DNA from: Amphiscolops sp. MND2022
Taxonomy: Eukaryota
Direction of reading: 5' to 3'
Length of the DNA stretch: 64,000 bases
Assembly (NCBI GenBank): GCA_964187785.1
Contig: OZ076417.1
Coordinates: 48,174,001-48,238,000, forward strand
Part shown: positions 11,901 through 23,200 of the stretch, in pieces
Position numbering within the stretch: position 1 is the first letter of the stretch
Layout: each line of letters begins with the position of its first letter
Made by a program: the position numbers and the translations under genes
Notes under the pieces: model-generated
Told to the model about the DNA's origin: nothing
Databases searched by the model: none
What the model saw: only the letters and a program-made list of their open reading frames with translations

Positions 11901-12505
11901 ACGGCACTGTAGCCCTGGTGTGATTGTTGAGTTTTTTCTTAAATCAGGTGTTTTCTGTTAAGCGCTTAATCGTTGCAGTTGCTTTTAAATTATTGATTGA
12001 TAAGCGTTAGTCATAACGCGACAATATGTACTGCGCCCGGTTTCAAATTCTATCACCTCTGAGAACCTTCCAACAGTTATATTGAATTAACATGGCTTCT
12101 TTTTTGAACATTCGCAAGTACATGGAACCACAGAGAGTGTGAAGACTTTCAAACTTTCATCGGTAAAAAGAAACACTACTGATGCACTTTTATCACCAAA
12201 TTCAGTTTTCTGGTCATCAAAAATCAAATGTCTAAAAGCATTCTATAATTCTTCGGACAGGGGCGTCGTTACATTCAGGGGGAGAGTATGGGTGTTTTTC
12301 AAATCACGACTTCAGGAAATGAACAGAAAGGAAAATGTTTTCATTAGAAAATTCGCAATCAGGTTGAAAACATCTGAAAAACGTTCAATTTGCAACCCTT
12401 CATGTCTGAAATGTGGAGATTCTGCTGTTTATAGGAAGATCGGTTATTTAAAAATTGGTGGGGATTTATGATTCATTCATGGTTTTATGAGTTTTGCAAC
12501 GTTTC

Positions 12506-15286
12506 TCATAGACTGTCGGAGCAAACAAAGACAGTGGATTGTAGATGTCTATTGCACTGGACTAGACGACCCTCGAGCTGACAAGCAACACTGGCACTTC
12601 CATCGGGTCTCCGCATCCACATATCTGACTCACTGGTTATTTTGACTTGGTAGTCGTAACTCTCAAATAGGAGCTGTCCGTGTTACGACATATTATCGGG
12701 TCGTTTTGAGTAGAACTTATCCTAACTGACTTTGTTGGAGTATAGAAACTCCTAGTCTCCTCTTCTACCTCTTCTTCGGTATTTTCTCTAATGATCCCTT
12801 TTGTTTCAGGTTTAAGGAGTTTCAACATCTCTTTCTGAGATTCAATAAGGAGGGTTTTAATCTCCAACGTTATTTCTTCCTTTAAGGAAGCTCTCAAGCT
12901 TTCTAGAAGGCTATTCTCAATCCGGGGGGATTTTGGTCTAGAAGGCCCCGCTACTACATCGTCCTGGTTCGAGGAACAAGGATTTCCTACTACTATGGGT
13001 GAAATCAAGCCTTCACTTACGTTCTCACTGGTGCTTTGCTGATCGTTCCTTCTTTTTTGGCTTCTTGTTGTCGACATTTTGTAGAAAAGTTTGAGCTTGA
13101 AGAATTGAATTTCTTTCAAAGATTTTCCAACAAAGTAGAACAAGGTGAGAGTGAAATTGAGAATTCAACTGAATTGTACAATTACAAAAGACTGAGTCCC
13201 TTAATCATCAAATCCTATCATATTTATACCCTCCCAGCATCTTTTGATCACGAACAAAGCCCTAATTTTCCTTGAACAATTAGTCATTTCCTGTATTTTC
13301 GATGAAAAAATCATTTTGTTCCCAATTTTACGTCGACATTTCGTCAATTTTTGAGACACGATGTTCTTCATTCAGTATTAGTCATCAAGTTTGATCATAT
13401 CATTTCATCTCGGCGTCCTTTTGCTTCCTCCCAAGCAGGAAGTAGATATTACTTCAGTCTGTCAAACCGGAAATGATTCCCTGTTTTACTGCTTTGGTTC
13501 GCGGGAAATTGACGCTGAGATGACGCTGACGTGAACAAAAAATACCTGATTTTGAATTTCGCTTTGACAAAAATGCTATGACTAATTCCAAAATGGGAAT
13601 AATTGAACGATGCTAGGACGATATTTTATGAATTTGGACCCAAGCTTTTGCTGAAAGTGAGAATAAAATTGTGATATAAAAATAATATTTGTTAGCAACA
13701 TTGTCAAGTCGTGTCAAATGCGACAAGATCTATAAAATTAACAGCAACGTTTGTTAAATAGCAACATCAACACAACGTATATAACTGGACAGCTACTGGT
13801 CGTACTGGTATAAGAAAACATGAACACAATCACAAATACAGCGCTCAATGTCGTAGAGTACAAAAATGCAAAATATACGAAAATACATTTCTGTTATACA
13901 ATATACCTTTAATTGGAAAGAATAAACTGTGACTTCCTTATTAACCTACTGTGAGATCTTGTAATAAGATGATTTATACACATAAATTTCTTTATTGTTA
14001 AGGATACATGATTGTTACTTAATATGAGGTTGAAATTATCCTACATGTGTCAATACTCATTCTGAATTGGGACCTTAAACCAAGGAAAATCAACAATACA
14101 TCCGTTATACAATTTGTAACAGTCTGCAATCTCCTCTTTTTAGGAAACAACGGCATTTACGCGCTGAAAACCTGACTAAATTTGGCGAATTCATTCACTT
14201 TATTCAATTTCATAAACTTGTCAACGTCATGTTGACGAGTTTTCTTGGCAGAATTTAAGCTTCATAAACTTGTCAACGTCATGTTGACGAGTTTTCTTGG
14301 CAGAATAGAGATTTGACTAGTTTGACGCAATGCTGACGAGTATTTTAGAAATGAGTCTCTCGCTAGCTGCCGATGCAGTGACGTCACAGTGGCGGTAAAT
14401 TGGAATGATTTCTAGCAATGCTATTAGTATAGGCGGATAATTGGAATGATTTTCTGGTATGCATATGCGAGGCAGTGACGTCAATTGGTATGCCTTCAAA
14501 CTTGTCTGCGTCCTGCTGACGACAAATATACATGTATCCTTGCTTCTTTTGCCGCTTTGTTTACTCAGCGCAGTATTGACGTCCTAAATCACTTTAATTG
14601 CTGTTCAAAAGAGTAATTAAGCTGTCTTTCTAAGAAAAGGCTTAACTACCACGGTGTGTTGTCTCACTGTAATTTCCTGTTTTAGGTCCAAATGAAATGT
14701 AATTTTTCGGGATTAGTTTTGATGTATTTCCATTTAGATTAGCTTATGATCTCTTTAATCTTGGGGTAGTTTCATTCTAATTTTCAGGTTGTGAATGTTT
14801 CATTTGTCGTGGTTGACTCGTCCAGACAAACATGCGTGAAATCATTTTTGGATTATTTTGCTTCCTTATTTCATTTCCGCTCAAATTTGCGCGCGGTAGA
14901 TGTGTATTTTGCATTTCCGGTACTATTTTATTCAATTTTGCGAGAGCATGAAAAGCCTAGAATGCGTTCATTAGTTTTATTTGAATCTTTTGCTAGGCAA
15001 AAGTATTATTGCATTTTAAGTCACAGTTTATTTAAGTCTAGTTAGAGTTCGAGTTAATAGCCAAAATACCTTTTCGTGAGTCTTGCGGTGCACCCATGTC
15101 CACGCCCAAAGCCAACTCTCCTGCATCCGCAATCCAGTCCGGGAGCGGACTGTGACAGTCCGTACTCCAAATCATCTCTGTATTCGAAACCAACGTGGAT
15201 GAGAGGAGCGACTTTATTACCTGTGTCGGAGACCTGTTTTTGACCGGGTTTTTCTATCAATATTTTTCATTTTTCTCTCAAATTAT
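12506..15286 (-). pseudogene. Final exon of the GPCR-lectin gene (C-terminal half of a C-type lectin-like domain), split by the solo LTR
   Basis: Joining 15286-15158 to 12675-12506 (removing the LTR and one TSD) gives DNLREK*KILIEKPGQKQVSDTGNKVAPLIHVGFEYRDDLEYGQLLFESYDYQVKITSESDMWMRRPDGSASVACQLEGRLVQCNRHLQSTVFVCSDSL*. The acceptor is TTCTTAG at 15287, and the TGA is at 15269-15267. Confidence 0.75.
12681..15157 (-). mobile_element. Solo LTR of the Gypsy family at 1-7257
   Basis: Full LTR copy flanked by a perfect 5-bp TSD GTCCG (12676-12680 and 15158-15162); no internal sequence. Confidence 0.97.
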
Positions 15287-15526
15287 CTAAGAAGTATTTT
15301 TTGAATTAGCAGAAAGTTATACGGAACAAACAAAACTGAAAACTGTTATTGCTCAGTGATCGATCCAATCAGACCATTGTTTAAAATTTTGACTTGAAAG
15401 CGTTCTCTCTAGTTTGAACAAAAAAAACTGTACATGGTAAGTCAATTGCTGAACAATTTTTTGACAGTTTTTGGTAAGTCTATTCTTCCTCGGATCTCCG
15501 ACGGAGCTTTTTGGAATGCCTGTTAC

Positions 15527-16181
15527 CTGTATTTGATCTCAGCACTGCATCCACAGCTATTATTTCTTGCATCGTGATGGGATAGAAAAATGCCAGTGAC
15601 ATGTTAGAACAAAGCATCAAATGTTCATCATAAAAGAGTTCGTGTAACTGAACGGGGGATGGAAACACGTAATAACATTTTTGGAAGTCTTCGTTGGGAT
15701 AACCTCGTTTAAGGTAACAATCAAGCTTGTTGTCACGAAGTTTTAGGGAAGGAATTTCACCGAAAGATTTCACAGCTGAAAATCTTTTCAGGCGCATCTG
15801 ATTGTAATGATTTTCGAAAGAATTCTGAGATTTCTGCACAGTGATTGATTCAGCGAAAGCAAAACCATTAATTAGTATGAGTGCCACCAGGAATGCTATG
15901 GTTCCGATGAGAAGAAAGCTTTTCGCAACATTTGCTTGATTTCTGAATTGCTTGAGTGTCTTCTCTCTTTTCAATTCATTTGTTTCTGAAGCTGACGATT
16001 TCGTGAAAAACAGAAGTTGCAAAACCAAGTTGCTTGCAGCAGTAATTGCATTTGTTAATGCATTTCGTATGGGAGCACATACTGTCATGAAGAGCAGGGG
16101 TTGAATCTGAGCGAATACATAAAGGGCCATCGACTCATAAGGAATGAAGGCAAGGAACGAAACTCTTCTCCCTAGTGTCCA
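15527..16181 (-). CDS. Middle exon of the GPCR-lectin gene: TM7, helix 8, linker, extra TM helix and N-terminal half of the C-type lectin-like domain
   Basis: Acceptor TTTTTCTAG (AG at 16183-16182) and donor CAG/GTAAC (15527/15526). Encodes LYVFAQIQPLLFMTVCAPIRNAL, the hydrophobic SFLLIGTIAFLVALILINGFAFA, and DCY...KCYYVF...LC...LAFFYPITMQE. Confidence 0.7.
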
Positions 16182-16329
16182 CTAGAAAAACCATTCAAAA
16201 GGTTTTACAAGCACAATACGCTCCCTTTATTTTATCCTGCTATCTGGCACCTTATACTTTTATTACATCATACTAGTTAAATGAGCAGTTTAAATTGTCG
16301 ATTATCAAAAAACAAGGCCCAAATAAAGC

Positions 16330-16823
16330 AAACAAGACGAGAACGTCTAAAGTCGGCGCCATATCTAAGGCTCAAAAAGCGTAAAACACTTTTTTTGAAA
16401 AAAAATTGAAATTTTTGAAAAAAATTTTTCTTTCGAAAGAAGTCGCATAGTGCCGAAAAAGGTAAAAGGGGGGACCCTTCTGGATTTATTAACAAACATT
16501 CTGTTGCAAAATATCAAAAAACTCAAAGGGGGGACCCTTTGGGGACATTAAAAAATTTTTGAAAAAAAGTCGCACAGTTCCGAAAAAAATCCAAAGGGGG
16601 GACCCTTTGGGCACGTCCGGTTTTGTATGTTTCCTTGAAAAAGTAAAAAATGAAAGGGGGGACCCTTTGGAGTAAAGTTTGCCTTGGGCGGACTTGGCCA
16701 GGTGCTCTGCGCAGAATTGTAAAAAGTGGACCGATCAGTGTGAGGATTGTAGTCTGAAGAAAAAAAAAGGTCACTGCTATAGTCGGGCATTTTTCCTTAA
16801 AAGGAAAACGCGCCGACTAAAAA
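16330..16823 (+). repeat. Dispersed repeat family A (DINE-1/HINE-like non-autonomous Helentron), copy 1
   Basis: AAACAAG start, AGTCGGCGC subterminal motif inverted with GCGCCGACT, internal AAAGGGGGACCCTTT repeats, 3' hairpin 16781-16818. Confidence 0.7.
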
Positions 16824-16959
16824 CAAGGTAAGACAGAATATATGACCATTGTATAGCTGCGTATCGTCCTCCTGTGGAAACCATGGCTTTCACACTTTTG
16901 AAGCCCATGTTTTAAATGTATCACCATTTCAAAGTATTCCATTATTCTTCAGTGAAGCT

Positions 16960-17588
16960 CTCTAGGTATGTAGGAAGCTGTAGGAACTTTAGGAACCTCT
17001 AGGAAGCTTTTTTATCTGCTTGTGGGACGTGTCCGGACTTTGAAAGTGCCAGCACGTCGCCACGGGGCTCTAATTTGAAGAGTCTCCTTTGACGTATGGA
17101 AAGTCACCTTAGGAGACCATTTATGGCACAAAAACTGATGTCTAGAGCTGTAGTAAGACAACGGTCTCCCGTTTAAGCACCCTAGGCATTATCCCACTTC
17201 TTTGATGTACGCTGCTAGGTGGACGTTAAAAGTAGAGCAAAATATGCATAACGGTTTTGCCTGGTACGAGTCAGAACCAATCTTAAAACATGTCTTCGAG
17301 GTAGGACCGGCTCAAATTTTTACTAGCTTCGGGTCATACGGAAAAACATTTCAGGTTATGGTGGGGTCCGAACCCGCATCCTTCGGGACCGCAGTCAGAT
17401 GGCTGAAAACTTCGCCAAATGGAGCTGAAAGAGCTAGCCTCTTTTACACTTTTTAATATTGGAAAAAACTGAAATCCTATTGAAGTCAAAGTTTTAGCCT
17501 CGAAACCTCTCATGAGACAAAATCATCAAGAACATTTTATTCAGAAAAAAACATCAGTGATAGTTAGTTGTAATGTTCTGCCCACATA
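16960..17588 (+). repeat. Dispersed repeat family B, copy 1 (unclassified)
   Basis: GCTTGTGGGACGTGTCCGGACTTTG...GCCCACATA matches 30720-31340 and the split copy 51459-51574 plus 58119-58222. Confidence 0.9.
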
Positions 17589-17618
17589 ACATATATACTA
17601 TATATATATATATATAAA
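17588..17618. repeat. (TA)n microsatellite
   Basis: Imperfect ATATAT run. Confidence 0.9.
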
Positions 17619-20259
17619 TAGTATGCGGAGAGAAGGTCCCCAGCAGTTGTGACGAAGAGGTGACGTCCTTCACGACTCAACCTCCCCACACCCATTGATT
17701 GCAGCACCCACGACAGTTGCTGGGTTACCTCGTCCCTTTACTTACTTAGTGGCAATAACAGCGTAGTCCCAGGCCTAACTGTACTTAAGCGGACCCATAC
17801 TGACTGAGAAAAATACCCAGAGGGTTTTCCGATTGCTTTCTGAAAAATATAGCGAGCTAGACATAACACTTGAAATAGCTCAATTTTCGTCGTAGTGGTT
17901 TTGAAAGCCGAAATTTTTCGGAGAAGGGCACGACCAACGAAATACAACAAAAACGTTCCATCAGACCTATCAAGCCAGGAACAGAAAAGTTGTTTGTCTA
18001 AATCACGGAAACGTCTTTTTGTACCAATTTTGAAATTTGACAATGACAAAGCCTCAGGCACTTTCACCTGAGACTTCAAAGTAGCCCAAAAACTTTGATT
18101 TTTTGCTTGGTAGTACGAAACACTACTGTCAAGACGTTTTCTAGCCTTCCCCAATAGAAATCGAAACATTATCAATGCCTTCCTTTTGTTATACATAGAC
18201 GTGAGCCAAGGACGCCACAGACCTGAGAAGTATAACATCAAAAATAACATCTAAAATAACCCAGTCCCCTAAATAAAGTTGTAACACTTCCTTACACTAC
18301 TGTTAAAACAATTCGGAACGTCTGAATAATGAGGAAAAAAGTTTTCTTGGTGAAATTACGTTATTTCAGACTGTTCCGAGAGTGTAAAAAGTGTGATCTG
18401 CAAATTTTTGAGAAAACCTATTTGGAAGCTACCAGTTTTCGCGTGCCTATTTTCTGTTAGCATAGAGCTTAACGTTACTAACGCAGAAAAAAGCAAGCAA
18501 TTCGAACCTCTCTCCTAGTAGGAGCTGTTCAAACAGATTGCACCATCGTGTAGACCGCAAAAAGGTACGTTGGTGGTGTATTTTTCTAGGCGCCAGCACT
18601 ATTGGTGAATAAGAAATTTTAGTCGCAATTATGCTTAGAAATCATGTGAAAATGTTAAAAAAATTGAATTTTAGTTGAGCATAGTCCACTATCTTATAAA
18701 CCTCCCAGCACTAAAAAACTGACATTTTCGCACACACGGCATTAGATCTCGACGATTTGTGCATTTTGAACAGCTTGCTATTACCCAACTCTAAGAAATT
18801 TACATTTTTGTGAAACTAGAACCGAAAATGTGGTTCCAAAGGTACGTCATAGTCTTGTCGACGCGGATTGCTGAATTTGGCCCGGCGGACCTCGCTATTT
18901 TGTTTTCCTGTTATATGGGCGTATTTTACGCTCGCACACAAAGTTTCAGGTTGCTAGGATGTCTAGGAGGCGAGTTTGACGAAATTTTGCGAATTTCGCA
19001 ACTTAGTTGACAACTTTGTTAAGCGACCATATTCTACTTAGAATCAATTTTAGCGCAATCGGGGGTCAATTCCATACAACTTGGATATAGTAGTATGCGG
19101 TGTGAAACTTTCAGGCCGCTAGCAGCGCTAGAATTAGTTTTCGTTTTCCCCAGACGTGCATATTGACAAAAAAGTCGTTTCTTCTGTCAATTTTTGCGAA
19201 AAATTTCACACTTTTTGCAGGTGTAGTTGTCGAAAAGGGCTCGAACGACCCTAATACTACACCACTCATCCGTATCATTTCTTGGTGAGAAGTTTTCAGT
19301 AGCGCCATATCGACCCTAAGACCTTGGGTCCCTGAGAATACCGTCTACGAGACACACCAGTAGGAAACTTGGGAACCACCTATTTCCCGATTTTGCCTAT
19401 AAGAGTCTTCTAGGTGCGCAACCTCAATTGCAATTATACGACCCCAGTGCCTAGCCCCTTTCACGCCCATAAGTGTGTACTTTGTAAATCCACAACACCG
19501 GAAGTTCAGCACGCAGTAAGCTTCGAAATGCCAGCACAAGGCACAAGCTCAGTGGTAACTTTTATACTTAGACTGACCAGTTTTTCCAAGCGTTTCGCTA
19601 CCATTCCAAGTAAAACCATCCAAAACTCAGTCTCCGCCTCCACACTTGTTCCCAAAGTCTATCCTAGTAACAATTAAACTCATTTTTCCTAGCTCGTGCT
19701 CATCACACGAAGAGAGAAGAACACTCCCGAGACGCCCTACGTTGTTGGTACTGAAATAACCAACCTAAGACTTGCGTCAAGCGCAAAAACTTTTTGTTCA
19801 TATTATGTCGCATAGCATGTGGTTGAGGACAGAGTAGTTTAGTGTTTAAAGTAGCTCAGCTACCCCTTCGAGTAGCACTTCAAAAAAATGCTGACGAGTA
19901 AGGATCGAAAACTTTTGTTCATCTTAGTAGTCTTTAGTTTCCCCCTAGCTCGTCGTAAGACCGCCAATAGTAACCCACAAATCAATCGTTTTCCATCCAA
20001 AAACTCGAAAGCCATTGTGGGCTACAACTTCGAACTTCACATCACCAATCGTTTGAGCTCCAAGTCCGACAAAAACATAGAAATTAGTTGTCCCCTCCTT
20101 TCATCTTCATTTCAAATCTTCACAGAGGAAGGAGTAGGCAAGCCATTAAACATCCAAAACCACGCCCCAAAGTACAATAGTGCAAATAATACCCCCGCCA
20201 CAACCAGCTAGCGAACATGGACTTAAGTGAGTGGGAACACCTACAACCCATGAATGAGC

Positions 20260-23200
20260 CGTCATGAATGGACTCAGGGAGCCCAGTGGCCTTCAAGCCA
20301 CTAATCCATTGGCGAGGAATTTAGAGACATTAGTTTCTCATTTGAACGCTCATACTGGTGATTCAACGGATGCTATGGCTGCGAAAGTATTTTTAGAAAT
20401 TATGTCAGACAACGACAACATCTCCAACGCTGATCAAAACGCAGAAATAGCCTCAGCAGGCCAGCCCGAATCATCGCGAGCTTCCCGGACAGCACCAATC
20501 CAGTGGATGGCGCTGAGGCAACGTGCCAAAGCAACGCCTGGCCTCCCCTAAAGGTAACTGACTATTGCCTTGATGGTTGGCCGAATTTCAACAACAGGCT
20601 GGCGAACGAACAAACTACCACTAATGCGTAGATACAGCAAACTAGTACAAGCGCAACCCCAGAGGAAGCGCCCCCAAAAGCAACAACGCAAAGGGACCCA
20701 CCAGGTTCGCAAAGGGACCCACCAGGTTCGCACACAACAACTAGCAGTGAAGATAAAACCTCGATTTTGCGCGGATTTACTCCACGAAAAACGCAGGTCA
20801 AGCCCCAAGACAAATCAGCAGACAAACAGAAAAACCCTGTGGAAGATATTCCACCAAGGTTCACACTTCGAACGCCACCAATGGCAGGCTCTAGTGTCCG
20901 CCTAGCCGACACAGAACAAATGGACCAAACCCCGGGTTCTAGAATTAGTAGCGCGACCGCTCCGAATTCGAATACCACTATAGATACCCTATTCGACTAT
21001 CAAGGTATAAAAGAGTCGATGGCCATAAGAGAGGATTTTAGACAGAGCCTAGCCAAGCTTACCCAGGTTCAGTCGCTGCACGCGCAAGAGAACAATGAGC
21101 ATTCCCTGCGGGCTGACCTGATTATGAGGGACATAGACGAAATGCGCAGCGGACTCAAAAAATACAAGCTGAAGGACGTACGAGTTAAGAGAGTTTAGAA
21201 GCCTTAATAACCACAATCAATGATCTGATTAGACAACGTGAAAATCTAGCCGACGCGCGTATATCTTAAACGTCAGCTATTATGAAGAAAAGAAATCGTC
21301 AAGCAAACGAACGCCTGAAACTCATGTCAGAACTCATTCAAAGTCGGGATTTTGATGCCAACAACCGTATGGTGGAGCGGATGACATTCATGCAAGAACT
21401 GACATTAGTTGTCAGAGCGGTAGTAGCTTAAACCGCCGCGGCGCGCCCTTCACCAATACCGGTATCACAGAATTCAGCGAGCCAGCCCTCTACCAGTGCA
21501 GCTCCTCTCTCAGTGCAAGCCATGTATGGAAAAGCAACTCAGTCTAATGGAGAACAAGCCAAGCAGCCCAAACTGAAACCGCCCGCCCCTTACAAAAGGG
21601 AGCCTACCAAGGCGAACAAGATAGCGAGAGTGATGCAAGTCGAAAGCGAGACGTGGGAACTGACCCTATTATAGACTTTTTGTCATTCGACCCATTTGCC
21701 CGCGGTGCCTCAACTACAGGAGATTACTACTCCGCAGCGAGCGGTCTGACGACAAGAAAAACAGACTACCACACTGCGGTATCGTCTTGTACCTCGGAAC
21801 CAATGAAATTGAAGTAGCTTCTTCGGTAACGAACGCTAGATGTTTACCAAATAACAACACGTGACGATGACGTCACCACATCCCCTCTTTTAGTTGCCTC
21901 ATGCAAATCCGTCTTGATACTTCTGGGTTTGGGTTCAAAATCGTTTCGGTCTTTCTTTGGTTACTGCGGTATGTTCTGCGGTCAGCACCGGACTCAAGTT
22001 ATCAGCGTTACTAGTCTTCGGGGTGACTGGATCTTGGATATCATCATGTCCAATGTTCGGCTGAGGCTCCGCTTTCACTACGCTTGATGATGGTAGCGGT
22101 GCGATTGTCCGTCACTAGCCAAAATTGCTCGGTTGTTATCATGAAGCCAGGCCGTGTTTCGTCCTTTCCGTATAATGTAGGTTAGTCCCTCGGCTCATGG
22201 TGTGAAGTGGGTTTGTACATCACTTGTTCATCATTTTCATAAAAACCAACAACAGGGATTCTCAAGATTTTTCCAAGTAGTAATTTGGCGAGAGTGTCAC
22301 CTCTAGCATTTGAAGAATTTCTGTGACTGAACAAAATTTTATCGATATAAGTAGTCAATGAACAACCAATGTCTTTATTGTAAAATTTCAGGCTTCTTTT
22401 CATAGTTTGAACAGCTCTCTCGGCCAGTCCACTGCTTCTCGGTGAATACAAAGGGATGTCAATCTTTTTGCATCCTTGTGCTGCCAACCAGTCTTTTAGG
22501 TCTTTGGATACAAACTCCTTTCCGTTATCTGACACAAACGTATATGGTATTCCAAACCGAGAAAAGAGTGTTCGGAGACATCTGACCACGTACCGAGTTG
22601 ACCGGTCCGTGCACGGGAAGGCTTCCACCCAACCGGACCCAGCATCAGCAATGATCAGAATGTTACCGTGTTCTGCTTCATAAAGCCAGTCCATATGCAG
22701 TCTTTCCCATGGAGCGCATTCTTCCCATTTGTCAGTAGAATCAGTCAGTCTCGGTCGGTTTTTGCTGCATTCGGGACAGTTTTTGACAAATTCTTTCAAT
22801 ATCGTTGTCCATAAACGGCCACCAAGCAATCTTTTACACCAAATTTTTCAAAGCATTGATTCCTTGATGGACGCCATGAAACTGTTCAATTACTTGTTTT
22901 CGGCATGTAATTGGTATAAAAACTCTCGATCCATTATATATCAAGTCACTTTGTACTGTTAATGCATTTGGAACTTTCATAAAAGCTTTCTCCATTATGG
23001 AATAGTTTTTCCAATTACCGGTTCGGATTCGGTTCATCATCCGTTTTGTGAACTCATTCGATTGCATCTCTTCCCGTAACTCCCTAGCGTCAATCACGGG
23101 TTTCTCAAACGTAACCATTGCTACCGCAACTAAGTTGTCTTCATCGTCTTTGAACCGTGAGCGTGACATTGCATCGGCATGACCAATATCTTGACTGGGA

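Larger units (their letters stand above)
7258..11909 (+). mobile_element. Large hAT-like DNA transposon, right part; the left part was displaced by the Gypsy insertion
   Basis: Contains a spliced zinc-finger gene, a divergent ORF cut by the LTR, subterminal palindromic repeats, and ends in ...ACGGCACTG (CAGTG on the other strand). The superfamily is inferred. Confidence 0.55.

Noticed and set aside
11903-11911. CACTGTA as a Tc1/mariner end (TA-CAGTG)
   Set aside because: The adjacent gene has no Tc1 motifs and the other end is outside the window, so the superfamily cannot be fixed from this end alone.
4782-15157. The two 2.5-kb copies as paired LTRs of one element, or as a segmental duplication
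   Set aside because: The second copy has its own TSD on both sides (a solo LTR); the first has a PBS and gag on its left and no PPT on its right.
16960-17588. Family B as a solo LTR or MITE (TGTGGG...CCCACA)
   Set aside because: Similarity between copies extends beyond these hexamers and there is no TSD; left unclassified.
17738-19850. ORF 17738-18250 and nearby short ORFs
   Set aside because: No recognisable domains; probably repeat-derived non-coding sequence with no second copy in the window to confirm.
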